A stretch of DNA of 20,000 nt from an uncultured virus (IMG/VR IMGVR_UViG_3300025168_000061) (IMGVR_UViG_3300025168_000061), one strand, 5' to 3'; positions 1-9,300 are shown, counted from the stretch's first letter. Made by a program: numbers and translations. Notes: generated from the sequence alone by a model not told the origin.

Positions 1-674
1 GCTCCGGTTGAAGATTTATTTTTGTCAAATGCTCTTGGAGTTAGATAACCCATACCTTCACCTTCTTCAACTTCTTCTTCTTTTATAGAAAGTTCTTCTT
101 CTAATGCAGAACCAAAAATAGAATTAAAAGCCTTACTTAATTTAACAAGTTTGTTTTTTAGGTTTGAATAATCAAATTCTTCAGGTGCCATACTATAAAG
201 AATATTACCCTGGGGTTTATTATGGTGTTTTGATAATTCTACTTCTAATCTTTCTATGTTATTTATAAGGTTATTAAGTGTCTTAAGGGTTAGATTTAAG
301 GGTCTCTTAACATTATTAACATCTAATTGTGTCCATTGCTCAGATTCTTTTACCATTCTGATCCTGTCATAGGCTTCAGGGTAATTCTTTCTAACATGGG
401 TTCTGTATTGGTTAAATAGTTTTTTTACTTGGTCTGTAATTGAATCAATTGTTGAATCAGATTCTGCTTCACCTTCACTTTCTAATGTCCTTAGTAGTTT
501 ATTTAACTCATTAAAAGTTTTATAAACAGTATCAAATGCGCCTACATTTATTATATCCCATGAAATCGCCCCAGTTACAGGGTTAATATCAGTTACTGTG
601 GATTTGGTTCCGTCTTTGACTTTTATATCACCAACTTCAAATTCACTATTTTCTTTTAATTTAAATTTATACAT
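1..674 (-). CDS. Hypothetical phage protein, 3'-truncated by window edge (MYKFKLKENSEFEVGDIKVKDG...EGMGYLTPRAFDKNK...)
   Basis: Not in the ORF track. Manual translation from ATG (cat 672-674) is open to the left edge; overlaps the stop of 667..1524 by 8 bp; several (L/V/I)-K-E sites like neighbouring genes. Confidence 0.8.
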   Translation of the reverse strand, partial: MYKFKLKENSEFEVGDIKVKDGTKSTVTDINPVTGAISWDIINVGAFDTVYKTFNELNKLLRTLESEGEAESDSTIDSITDQVKKLFNQYRTHVRKNYPEAYDRIRMVKESEQWTQLDVNNVKRPLNLTLKTLNNLINNIERLEVELSKHHNKPQGNILYSMAPEEFDYSNLKNKLVKLSKAFNSIFGSALEEELSIKEEEVEEGEGMGYLTPRAFDKNKSSTG

Positions 675-1524
675 GGGTAGTTTCTAATTCTTCAATTAAA
701 TCGTAATATTGTAACAAATTGATAAGATCGTTATCTTTAATTTTAGACGTTTTACCTATAACAGGAAGTATTTTAATTACTTCGTTTATTTTGATCTGTG
801 TTGTTTTGTCTGGGATTGTGTTTGATAGCTCTGTTAGTGAGGTTTTAATTTCACCTACTTTAGTATTATAAAATTCCTTTAACTTTGGGGTATTGTCTAT
901 TGAGGTAATTAATTCCTTTAAAATTTCTTTTTGACTTTCAAGTAAATCCTCATACTTGTCATTGAACTTGTTTAATAAAACCCTAGTTGTTAAAATTCTT
1001 AAATCTTTATCATATGATTTAAATTCTTCAAGCACTGTTTCCTTAACTTTATCTTTTTTAACTGAGGCAGCTGATAGGTGTTCTAAGATAGTTATTTTAT
1101 TATCTATAATTTGTTGTGTGTTTGATGGGTTTTCTTGGGAAAAACTTTCTATTAAAGTATAAAAAGCAGCTTGTATTTTATAGTGTGGTAAATTGTGGGA
1201 GAAAAATTTAGTAACATCGTAATGTTTTTTAATCTCACTAATTAAATTATATTTTTGTCTTTTAAGTGCTCGTCTATTAAAATTCTTAGAAGATTGCAAC
1301 AAAGTTGATAACGTTACATCAGCTTGGGTTTCAGTAATGCTAGTTTTCTTAAATAGAGTTTCATAGAGTTTATATTCTCTCCCTAATTCTGTTTTTACAA
1401 AATATTCTTTTAGAATACCACTTGCCTTAGAATCAGTACCATTTAATGTATCAGTAGTTATTTGTCTAACTAGTAGCTCAAAAAGAACCCCTGCGTTTTT
1501 GTACTTTGAATGCTTAATGTTCAT
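667..1524 (-). CDS. Hypothetical helical protein directly downstream of portal (possible head-assembly protein)
   Basis: 285-aa ORF with ATG start, preceded by the ATATTTATA motif; function inferred from position only. Confidence 0.8.
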   Translation of the reverse strand: MNIKHSKYKNAGVLFELLVRQITTDTLNGTDSKASGILKEYFVKTELGREYKLYETLFKKTSITETQADVTLSTLLQSSKNFNRRALKRQKYNLISEIKKHYDVTKFFSHNLPHYKIQAAFYTLIESFSQENPSNTQQIIDNKITILEHLSAASVKKDKVKETVLEEFKSYDKDLRILTTRVLLNKFNDKYEDLLESQKEILKELITSIDNTPKLKEFYNTKVGEIKTSLTELSNTIPDKTTQIKINEVIKILPVIGKTSKIKDNDLINLLQYYDLIEELETTHV

Positions 1525-1543
1525 TCTCTAATGTTTAGTTTAT

Positions 1544-1552
1544 TATAAATAT
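1544..1552 (-). promoter_or_regulatory. Putative phage late-promoter motif ATATTTATA
   Basis: Plus strand tataaatat in the 39-bp gap between portal and the next gene, about 20 bp upstream of the ATG at 1524. Confidence 0.55.
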
Positions 1553-1563
1553 ATAAAAAAATC

Positions 1564-3456
1564 TTACTCTTTCAACTGTTTTTCATCAAGTAGGTCATTT
1601 TTCTTTTCATCTTGCTCAAATACTAATTGCTTTTCAGTACGATGTGGTGAAGGTACTTTATCTAGCATATTTAAAGTTTCTAAAGCCAATGGAGATCTAC
1701 CTTTATATGATGGGTTAAGTCTACCATTATCATTATAATCTTTTTTTATTCCATCTTTACCTATTGGATCCTTCCCAAAAGCACTGTTTTGTGTATGTGA
1801 TTTAGAATGTTTTTCTTTTGGTCTTCCTAATGGGGTTTTCTCATCATACCCATCTGGAACATTACTTGGGTCTGATTGTGTTCTACCTACTCCATATAAA
1901 GATGCTAAATCATGTGGTGTACCATAAGATTTACCTGTTTCTTGTGGATCATTACCTTCAGCTTCTATTTGAGTTAATCTAAAGTTACGTTTAGTATCTT
2001 GCTTAATTAAATCTCTATATTCATCGTATTGATCTTCACTAAAGTGGAATATGTTTTCATAAATCCAATCAGATGGAATCAATTTACTATCTAACATTGA
2101 TTGTGCCAATGTGATCTTATCGGTCATTAATGCTACTCTTTCTTGATCGTATATGATTGATGGAGTAGTCAAAGACAAATCAAAGTTTGTTAAATTTTCA
2201 TCTTTATAACCCAAAGTATACAAATGAACTAATGCTATCTTCTGTAGTTCAGATACCATAATTCTTTGAATTCTTTCTATCGTTCTAGCAAATCTAATAT
2301 CTTGTGCCGCTAGTGTAGCTTTACCTTCTGTATCTGCATCATACCCCATAAACGCTTTAGGGACTTTAAGTGCCGCAAATAACTTATCTCTTAAATATTC
2401 TACATCAGCTATACCATCGTATTGTAATCCGGGGGTAGTATCTATTTTTGTTGCTGTGTCATTTCCTCTAACAGGTATGTAAAAATCTTCAAGCATGTTT
2501 TGCATGTTGTATTTAAGATTATACTCTCCGGTTTGTGGATCTGTAAAAGGTGTACGTTTCATTTTAGAAATAGTCTTCTGCATAAAGTTTTCTACTTCAG
2601 CAGGAGGAATGTTACCTACGTTCATGTAAAATATGCGCTTTTCAGGCGCTCTAACTATTCTATGTATCAACATTGCGTCTTCCATTAGAACGTACTGTTT
2701 AAACAGTTTACGTGCTGGTTCTATATATGATCTGCCATATGGAAGGAAATTAGTATCAGTTAATAATCTAAAATGAGCCATTTCATAATTATCAAATAGA
2801 ATGGCATTATCACTTACATCATTTGAGTTAGGAACATTATAGTAACCATAACCCCCTGTTGATAAACCATTAGGGTCAAATTGGAATTGGATATCTGCAG
2901 GTTTATCAGGATCTCCACCTTCTATTCTTTCAATATGAAATGCATTATAAGGTATAACATTATAAACACCAAATTTTTCTGCTATTTCTAATTTAAGGAA
3001 AAAATCCCCATATTTACACATATTTCTAACCCAAGGCCATAGGTTAAATTCTATGTTTAATACATCATAAAATAAATTGTATAATATTTTTTGGACATTT
3101 TCATCTGAACTTCTAATTTGAAGTACTTCACCCATGTCATTTTTAAGTGTAGACTCATCTGCTATAATATCTAAGGCAGAAGCTATAATAGCATCTGTAT
3201 CCATAGAATCATATTCTGAATATAGTTGGGGTCTTAATGTTTGGTAATTGTAATTACTTTGAGAGCCGTATAGTGATGTAGGTGATGTTGAGTATAATCT
3301 ATTGAACCTATCTACTAGTGAGTTGTTTTCATACTCACCGGATTGTTGGATTTTATTTATATCAACAACTTTTAATTGGTCTCCACCTTGATTACGTATT
3401 ATAACATCTGTTGAGAATAACCTTTTTAACCTTGAAAATAATCTTGTATCTGCCAT
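1564..3456 (-). CDS. Portal protein, T4 gp20-like
   Basis: gp20-family motifs LMEDAMLIHRIVRAPEKRIFYMNVGNIP, MLEDFYIPVRG, YLRDKLFAALKVP, DIRFARTIERIQ; adjacent to the terminase. Confidence 0.93.
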   Translation of the reverse strand: MADTRLFSRLKRLFSTDVIIRNQGGDQLKVVDINKIQQSGEYENNSLVDRFNRLYSTSPTSLYGSQSNYNYQTLRPQLYSEYDSMDTDAIIASALDIIADESTLKNDMGEVLQIRSSDENVQKILYNLFYDVLNIEFNLWPWVRNMCKYGDFFLKLEIAEKFGVYNVIPYNAFHIERIEGGDPDKPADIQFQFDPNGLSTGGYGYYNVPNSNDVSDNAILFDNYEMAHFRLLTDTNFLPYGRSYIEPARKLFKQYVLMEDAMLIHRIVRAPEKRIFYMNVGNIPPAEVENFMQKTISKMKRTPFTDPQTGEYNLKYNMQNMLEDFYIPVRGNDTATKIDTTPGLQYDGIADVEYLRDKLFAALKVPKAFMGYDADTEGKATLAAQDIRFARTIERIQRIMVSELQKIALVHLYTLGYKDENLTNFDLSLTTPSIIYDQERVALMTDKITLAQSMLDSKLIPSDWIYENIFHFSEDQYDEYRDLIKQDTKRNFRLTQIEAEGNDPQETGKSYGTPHDLASLYGVGRTQSDPSNVPDGYDEKTPLGRPKEKHSKSHTQNSAFGKDPIGKDGIKKDYNDNGRLNPSYKGRSPLALETLNMLDKVPSPHRTEKQLVFEQDEKKNDLLDEKQLKE

Positions 3457-3469
3457 TTTATTGTATTAT

Positions 3470-3478
3470 TATAAATAT
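3470..3478 (-). promoter_or_regulatory. Putative late-promoter motif ATATTTATA overlapping the terminase stop codon
   Basis: Minus strand TAA-TATTTATA-ATAATACAATAAA-ATG, leading into the portal start. Confidence 0.55.
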
Positions 3479-5052
3479 TATAGAAGCCAACTAATGTCTT
3501 CTTCTCCACCTGAATATGGGTTATCTATTTTGAATGGGTTTTGGTTTGTTGTTGGAGAATATGCTCCTATATGTTTGGGTTTGTTTGATGTTATGTTATT
3601 TAACATATTTTTTGTTAAATCCATCCCATGTTGCTTATATTTAAATGCTGTATCTCTCATGTATTGCCCCATAGAGAAACTTAATACTAAATCATCGTTA
3701 TAACCGGATTGGGCTTCTGGTTTTCCGTTTCTCCAAATAAAAGTTCTCATTTCTTCTAATAACCTTTTACTTTGGAATGTAACACCTTTATCAGATAGTG
3801 ATTCTTGAAATTTACTTATCACCATAGGCCTTGTCCTTGAAGACATTGTAAATCCAGGTGTCATTTTTGATGTATCCATATATTGTTCAAAATACGAATC
3901 AGCTCTCACTTCTCCACTCTTAGGTGAATAGTAAAGGTTAGTATATCCTCTGTCTATAACTGTTTGTATTGTTGCCCAACCTATACTATTATTTTCTATT
4001 ACTAATAAAGCATTATTGTATTCCGTGGCTATACCTACTAGTAAATGTCCATATTCTTTTGTGCCTAATTGTCCTCTATATTCTGCTACTTGAACATTGT
4101 TTTCCACATCAATGATATGGAACGCAGAATGATCTTTCCCATCTCCACGAGCGACATCAGCAACCACCATATAATCTCTGGAATAGTCACATGGTTCCCA
4201 AACCCATAAATTGCGATCAGTTCCCCTACGTTCCAGAGGTTCTTTAATGTAGGTTTTTTCATAAAATTCTATATATTCAGGATAAAATACTACATCACCC
4301 GATGTGCTAAAATCACAGTCACATTCTTGTGCCGCCATTCTAGGGTCGCCTAGTAATTCATCTTGTCTTTTTCTCCATGTTTCATCTCTTTCGGGATGAA
4401 CAAACCATGGAAGTTTAATTGGAAGGAAATCGTTTTCTTTATTTTCTGCTCTTACCCATGTTTGATGGAACCAATTCCCGGTACCATAAGGAGTAGATAA
4501 AGCAATACAACCACCACCTGTAGCTAGGGTTTGTTGAGCTGATGCCCATATTTCACCTATATTTTCAATGAAGGCAGCCTCATCGATTAGTAGTAAAGAT
4601 ACTGCTTCGGATCTACCTGCATCACTTGATGCGGATGTTGCTTTAATTTGAGATCCGTTAATTAATCGTAATGTAAGTTTGTTGTTTTCAGGGGCATCTA
4701 TTTTAAGCCATGAAGGTAAATTTTCATACATGAATTTTACCTTGGTGACCATATTTTTGGCTGTCTCCTGCTTAGTTGCTATACAAAGTATATTTTTATC
4801 CTTATGAAATAACATTAACCATAGAGAATAACCGGCACCCAGAGTAGATATACCTAATTGTCTAGATTTTAAAACAATGGAATAGGGGTTTTCTTGAAAT
4901 AAGGATAATACTTTTTCCTGGAAGGGGTATAATGCAAATTGAATTCTACCTCTTTGGGGGTGTTGAATAAAACAGTATTTTTTCATAAAATGTACAGGGT
5001 CGCTAGCACATTTTAAGTATTCTTGTTTTATAACTTTTTTTATATCACTCAT
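3478..5052 (-). CDS. terL: Terminase large subunit, T4 gp17-like
   Basis: YPFQ adenine-binding motif, Walker A LKSRQLGIST, Walker B LLLIDEAAF, coupling motif ALSTPYG, RNase H-like nuclease VVADVARG and C-terminal NDDLV. Confidence 0.95.
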   Translation of the reverse strand: MSDIKKVIKQEYLKCASDPVHFMKKYCFIQHPQRGRIQFALYPFQEKVLSLFQENPYSIVLKSRQLGISTLGAGYSLWLMLFHKDKNILCIATKQETAKNMVTKVKFMYENLPSWLKIDAPENNKLTLRLINGSQIKATSASSDAGRSEAVSLLLIDEAAFIENIGEIWASAQQTLATGGGCIALSTPYGTGNWFHQTWVRAENKENDFLPIKLPWFVHPERDETWRKRQDELLGDPRMAAQECDCDFSTSGDVVFYPEYIEFYEKTYIKEPLERRGTDRNLWVWEPCDYSRDYMVVADVARGDGKDHSAFHIIDVENNVQVAEYRGQLGTKEYGHLLVGIATEYNNALLVIENNSIGWATIQTVIDRGYTNLYYSPKSGEVRADSYFEQYMDTSKMTPGFTMSSRTRPMVISKFQESLSDKGVTFQSKRLLEEMRTFIWRNGKPEAQSGYNDDLVLSFSMGQYMRDTAFKYKQHGMDLTKNMLNNITSNKPKHIGAYSPTTNQNPFKIDNPYSGGEEDISWLL

Positions 5053-5511
5053 TTAGGTTAAAGATATTAGTGTAATTATAGGTAATAAAAGGGATCCTAT
5101 AAAACCAACTATTTTTAATCTTTTTTGTTTTTTTATTTCTTTTTCTTGTGTTTTAATAACTTTGTCTTTAAGCTCAATTTCTTTTTTATTGTTACTTAAT
5201 ATTTCTTCAAAATTATCAATCATAGACTGTTGATTGTCTGATTTGATAGAAAGCTTAATAAATATATCTTTTTGCATTTCTATTATCTCTTGACATAAAC
5301 TATCTTTTTCTTTATAAGCAAGGAGGAGACTATCTGCTATTTCATACTCTAAAAGATCGATTAATATAATTCGAGCATCATCTAAATGCATTAAAATTAA
5401 AGTATCACCTTTAGTGTTAATTATTTCCCTTACCTCTCCTCTTGAGATAGTCTGAGATGTTATTTGTGACATCGTCGCTATCCATATTGTTAATAATATT
5501 AGGTATTTCAT
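5053..5511 (-). CDS. Exported/membrane coiled-coil protein, possible spanin partner
   Basis: N-terminal signal-like hydrophobic stretch MKYLILLTIWIATMSQITSQ, central coiled coil, C-terminal hydrophobic helix IVGFIGSLLLPIITLISL; overlaps the upstream gene by 95 bp. Confidence 0.6.
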   Translation of the reverse strand: MKYLILLTIWIATMSQITSQTISRGEVREIINTKGDTLILMHLDDARIILIDLLEYEIADSLLLAYKEKDSLCQEIIEMQKDIFIKLSIKSDNQQSMIDNFEEILSNNKKEIELKDKVIKTQEKEIKKQKRLKIVGFIGSLLLPIITLISLT

Positions 5512-5797
5512 TTCGTTTTTTTTCTAAAGCTGCTAGTTTAGTTTCTGTTTCTTTTAAGATAACTTCAGTACTATCTATAGCATATAGTATAATGTTGATT
5601 TCGTTTTGTAGTTTACTATTAGCTAAACTGAGACTATCGTTGGATAGTCTTAGTTTTTTGTTTTGTTTTTTTAATAGATTTATTTCATCCTTATAAGTAT
5701 CAATTGGAGTTGATGGTTTGGATAATAGGCTTAAAATTAATGCAACTGCTAATATTATTATAAAAACTAATTGTATGTTATTAAAGAGCTTTTTCAA
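5417..5797 (-). CDS. Single-TM coiled-coil protein, i-spanin (Rz)-like
   Basis: N-terminal TM IQLVFIIILAVALILSLL followed by a long heptad coiled coil; TTG start. Confidence 0.6.
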   Translation of the reverse strand: MKKLFNNIQLVFIIILAVALILSLLSKPSTPIDTYKDEINLLKKQNKKLRLSNDSLSLANSKLQNEINIILYAIDSTEVILKETETKLAALEKKRNEIPNIINNMDSDDVTNNISDYLKRRGKGNN

Positions 5798-6707
5798 GTT
5801 GTTTCTTTTCTTTAGTCATTTTCTTTAATTGCTCCACGTACTTTTCCATATCATTGGTAGCATTTGCTTTTTTTGCTCTTTTATAACTACCTGCTATGTC
5901 CTTCATTTTTTTAGTTAGCTTTTGAAGTTTATTTGAAGTTGTAGCTATTGAATCTTTTTTCTTTAATTCTGCTGATGTTGGTTCTTCTTCTTCTCTTAAA
6001 TCTCCTTCAGCAAGTCTTAATTGATCACTACTATATTCTACTGTTTCATCTCCTATTTCTGGGAAATCAACATTTGCATTAAATTTGGTTCCATCTAGTT
6101 TTTCAACTCTATAAGCCATTTTGTCAGACGCAAATAATTGTCTTACACCAACTACTCTTAGTTTATCACCTCCTCTTGTTAGGGTTACTATATCATCTAA
6201 TTGGATTTCTTCTGATAATACAGATTTAATTTCTGCTTTGATTGCTTCTTTTAATTTAGATCTTTTATTTTTTCCAGCATCTGTCATTTCTTTCTTTTCT
6301 TCTCTAATAGAAATATCATCTAGTGCATCCATTGTATCTCCAAAACCTGGCATATCATACTTTGTATCTGATTTTCGTTGTTCTAAAGCTGCCATAATTG
6401 CATACACAGCATCTTGTTCGCTATAATCATATCGTTTAGCAGTTCTTGCAATGTAACGATTTACATCTCTAAATACTTCAGGGTTTAATGATTCGTTTAG
6501 TCCTCTTTCTCTATCCATCATTCTTGAGACTTCGGCTGCTTGTAAAGCGTCTATGGCTCTACCCATTAAGTCTTTCTTTCTCTTATCAACATAGATATTT
6601 TGCATGTCTCTAAGAACTCTAAATGCTTCATCTGTAGTCATTAGACCTTCTGATAGAAGTGATTTTATTTTGCTTTTGATTGCTTCTTTGAGCGTGGATT
6701 TTTTCAT
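5781..6707 (-). CDS. Modular putative internal virion protein with two copies of leader B
   Basis: Start revised to ATG at 6707 (MKKSTLKEAIKSKIKSLLSE); internal copy KRSKLKEAIKAEIKSVLSE; many L/I-x-E sites; ATATTTAT motif upstream. Confidence 0.75.
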   Translation of the reverse strand: MKKSTLKEAIKSKIKSLLSEGLMTTDEAFRVLRDMQNIYVDKRKKDLMGRAIDALQAAEVSRMMDRERGLNESLNPEVFRDVNRYIARTAKRYDYSEQDAVYAIMAALEQRKSDTKYDMPGFGDTMDALDDISIREEKKEMTDAGKNKRSKLKEAIKAEIKSVLSEEIQLDDIVTLTRGGDKLRVVGVRQLFASDKMAYRVEKLDGTKFNANVDFPEIGDETVEYSSDQLRLAEGDLREEEEPTSAELKKKDSIATTSNKLQKLTKKMKDIAGSYKRAKKANATNDMEKYVEQLKKMTKEKKQLEKAL

Positions 6708-6722
6708 TGGAATGTTTTTGTA

Positions 6723-6730
6723 ATAAATAT
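6723..6730 (-). promoter_or_regulatory. Putative late-promoter motif ATATTTAT overlapping an upstream stop codon
   Basis: Minus strand TAA-TATTTAT-TACAAAAACATTCCA-ATG. Confidence 0.5.
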
Positions 6731-7260
6731 TAAACACTTAGTGCCTCTCGCACTAACTTAACACGCTCCTCATTACTGCCCTTAATTTCTACCAGATTTT
6801 TAATTCTATGGTTGTACTTATTAATAAAGCTTTTAATTGATGAATCAACTAAATCCCTATATTCCGCATCTGTTTCTCTAACCCCATTGTTTTCTATTTC
6901 AACTCCCTCAGGGGAAACATAGAATATATAATCATAATCTGATATTAGATTAGATGCATGTTGTGTAAAGTCATCAGCATGAATATAAGATATTGTTTTA
7001 GCTAAATTTGTAAATGCTATAACATCTATAATAGTTCTATCCGTTATAACGTTTTCATTCATTAATTCAGCTGCTCTTTCAGCTAAAAACACTGTTTGAC
7101 CCTTAATGGTAGAATCTGTGTTTAATGGAATACCTAAATCTCTTAAGTATTTGGATCGTTCTGTTTTGAACTCATATTCTTTGAACTCAGGGAGTTCCTT
7201 TAGTGTATTTACAAGTGTTGTTTTACCAACACTCATTGTACCACAAAAACCTATCTTCAT
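6730..7260 (-). CDS. P-loop NTPase, AAA_28/NadR-like nucleoside/nucleotide kinase
   Basis: MKIGFCGTMSVGKTT Walker A at the N-terminus, VITDRTIID, YDYIFYV, ENNGVRE motifs typical of NadR/Ttd14-type ATPases. Confidence 0.8.
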   Translation of the reverse strand: MKIGFCGTMSVGKTTLVNTLKELPEFKEYEFKTERSKYLRDLGIPLNTDSTIKGQTVFLAERAAELMNENVITDRTIIDVIAFTNLAKTISYIHADDFTQHASNLISDYDYIFYVSPEGVEIENNGVRETDAEYRDLVDSSIKSFINKYNHRIKNLVEIKGSNEERVKLVREALSV

Positions 7261-7290
7261 AATTATAATATAATAAAATTGTTTAACGTA

Positions 7291-7566
7291 TCAAAATCTA
7301 GCTACAGCTTTCATTGATGGATTTTTATACCAAGGTAAACCTTCTTTACTTTGTTGAAATTCATTAAACTCATCATAAGTTTTTTCAATTCCATGGAAGT
7401 AATATTGTTTTGGAATACTTCTATCTTCTGGGTCAACTGGTTCAATTGCAGGACCTTCTGAATTGTGGTGTTTCCAATTGTCACTAGCGTTTCCTCTAAA
7501 TAAATGGTGAAAAGCACCCTTTACTTTAATTTTCTTGTACTCGTAAAATTTCTCTTTCTTGCTCAT
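7291..7566 (-). CDS. Small hypothetical protein with an HxxxGPAIE...YYxxG repeat-like unit
   Basis: HNSEGPAIEP...KQYYFHGIE resembles the LHRxDGPA-type repeat common in viral proteins; overlaps the oxidoreductase 3' end by 41 bp. Confidence 0.7.
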   Translation of the reverse strand: MSKKEKFYEYKKIKVKGAFHHLFRGNASDNWKHHNSEGPAIEPVDPEDRSIPKQYYFHGIEKTYDEFNEFQQSKEGLPWYKNPSMKAVARF

Positions 7567-8878
7567 TTTCGTTTTGTTTTAGTAAATTTTCTGCTACATA
7601 TGTTCCTTGTGCTCCTGATACTGTTATACCTCTTGCTGATAATGCATCTCCAACAAAGTGAACATTGTCATATTTGGTTAAAGATAAATTATCGTAGTTA
7701 ACTAATGGTTCTGGGGATAGATATTTTACTTCTGGCATGTAAATACCCCAATCTTTACCTAATGTTGGGAATACTTTTTCCATATCTTCAATAAAGTCTT
7801 CTATATACAAAGCATAATCACCTAAAGCATCATGTAGTGAATCCATACTGTTAACTATTTCTGTTTTAACATAATCGCCTTCAGATGTTTTAGATGGTAC
7901 TCTGTTTGAGTTAGGTGAATAAAATGTTCCTTTACCATCAATTTGTAATTTTTTAACTGCTTCTCTTGACCAATCAAATGGTTTATCGATACCTCTAATT
8001 TCCATTAGTATACCAAAATTAGTCATATCATTACGAAATGCTTCATCTTTTTTAGCATGACCATTGTAGCTGTAATCTCCGTAGGTATGCTCTGCTGCTA
8101 CATAAGCTGCATTGTTGTTTGTACAAAATGATCTTAATGAAACACCTTTATCTTCAAATTTTCTATATAATTTAAAATCATAACTAATATCAATTAATTT
8201 TTGAAAGTGGTGTTGTGGTGCTTCGAATCTAACTCCAATTTGTACTGCTTTAGGTTCGGTTGGTAAGTTATATTCTTCGGCTAATGCTTTGCCAAAATCA
8301 ATACCTGATTTACCAACAGCAAATATTAGATTATCATATCTACGTTCATAATGTAAATCTTCAACTAATGATTTACCTAATACTCTACAATTTTCAAAAT
8401 CAATAGCATGTACTTTAGTTTCCCAAATAAAATTAACACCTTTTTCAACTAAATAATTATACCAATTTTTACCTATTTCATGTAAATAATCTGTACCAAC
8501 ATGCCATACAGGGAATAGTTTTAATCCAAAATGTGGTTTAATAAATTCAGGTTCTGCTTGGGGGTCCGAACATTGTACTTCTTCTGGTTTGGGATGGAAA
8601 CGTTTGAAATTAGCTATGACTTGGTCGAATAGCTCCATTGCTTTTTCTTCCCCACAGTATTTTGATAATTGACCTCCTACTTCAGTATGGTAAGTTAATT
8701 TGCCATCTGACCATCCTCCTGCTCCTAGCATTCCTGTCATTACTTCTTCAGGTAATCTATTGTATGGATCTTTACCCATATCAATAATTGTGATTTGTCC
8801 CTTATAATTGTTATCTACTAATTTTGTTGCTGCGTTTATTCCTGCTACGCCTGCGCCTACAATTACTACTTTATCCAT
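7526..8878 (-). CDS. FAD-dependent oxidoreductase (COG2509-like uncharacterised dehydrogenase)
   Basis: Start revised to ATG at 8878: MDKVVIVGAGVAG Rossmann GxGxxG; GMLGAGGWSDGKL, IGVRFE, RSFCTN, C-terminal HFVGDALSARGITVSGAQG FAD motif. Confidence 0.85.
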   Translation of the reverse strand: MDKVVIVGAGVAGINAATKLVDNNYKGQITIIDMGKDPYNRLPEEVMTGMLGAGGWSDGKLTYHTEVGGQLSKYCGEEKAMELFDQVIANFKRFHPKPEEVQCSDPQAEPEFIKPHFGLKLFPVWHVGTDYLHEIGKNWYNYLVEKGVNFIWETKVHAIDFENCRVLGKSLVEDLHYERRYDNLIFAVGKSGIDFGKALAEEYNLPTEPKAVQIGVRFEAPQHHFQKLIDISYDFKLYRKFEDKGVSLRSFCTNNNAAYVAAEHTYGDYSYNGHAKKDEAFRNDMTNFGILMEIRGIDKPFDWSREAVKKLQIDGKGTFYSPNSNRVPSKTSEGDYVKTEIVNSMDSLHDALGDYALYIEDFIEDMEKVFPTLGKDWGIYMPEVKYLSPEPLVNYDNLSLTKYDNVHFVGDALSARGITVSGAQGTYVAENLLKQNENEQEREILRVQEN

Positions 8879-8900
8879 ATTGGTTTTAAATTTATGTGTT

Positions 8901-8931
8901 AATATACGAAAAAAAAGTGGTGTCTCCAAAG
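8901..8931 (-). promoter_or_regulatory. Possible host-type (Bacteroidota-like) promoter for the oxidoreductase block
   Basis: Minus strand TTTG in the hairpin followed about 20 nt later by CGTATATTAA, about 22 bp upstream of the ATG; imperfect match to the TTTG...TAnnTTTG consensus. Confidence 0.3.
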
Positions 8932-8941
8932 GAAACGCCAC
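8909..8941 (-). terminator. Rho-independent terminator
   Basis: Minus strand GTGGCGTTTCC-TTT-GGAGACACCAC (11-bp stem, one mismatch, one G-U) followed by T8. Confidence 0.75.
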
Positions 8942-8948
8942 AGATGTT

Positions 8949-8993
8949 TAATTTTATTATTTAAGTCACCCGGCTATGAATCGGGTTGGATGT
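8949..8993. repeat. 45-bp direct repeat copy 1, containing hairpin ACCCG-ATTCATAGC-CGGGT
   Basis: taattttattatttaagtcacccggctatgaatcgggttggatgt; 44/45 identical to 9301-9345. Confidence 0.95.
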
Positions 8994-9001
8994 GTTTAAT
9001 A

Positions 9002-9295
9002 TTATTTATTAGATTTAAAGGTTTCTTCAGTATCAGCTATGTGTTCTAAAAATTCATCTCCATTTGAATCCATTCCTGTAAATTCTACAAATTGGGTTAC
9101 CATATCTAAAGCCTCATCAAAATCTAGTTTTTTATCTTGATGAATATGACTAAATGGGAGGTATTCTGCTAGAATATTTAATAAGGCGTTAGCATCAATG
9201 TTATTTCCTATATATGCCTCCATTTCGTTGGGTTCTTCCTTTATTGCTTTAGAGATTTCCTCTTTAATTAGTTTTCTTAGGTCAGATTTTTTCAT
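9002..9295 (-). CDS. Leader-B cargo protein (acidic), flanked by 45-bp direct repeats
   Basis: MKKSDLRKLIKEEISKAIKEE N-terminus, then an unrelated acidic domain. Confidence 0.8.
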   Translation of the reverse strand: MKKSDLRKLIKEEISKAIKEEPNEMEAYIGNNIDANALLNILAEYLPFSHIHQDKKLDFDEALDMVTQFVEFTGMDSNGDEFLEHIADTEETFKSNK

Positions 9296-9300
9296 TGTTC

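Noticed and set aside
1564..5052. Intein or intron in terminase/portal
   Set aside because: Both ORFs are continuous, of ordinary length, with no splice-junction or homing-endonuclease motifs.
7311..7517. Alternative-frame minus-strand 68-aa ORF
   Set aside because: Nested in 7291..7566, which has a recognisable motif and better tiling.
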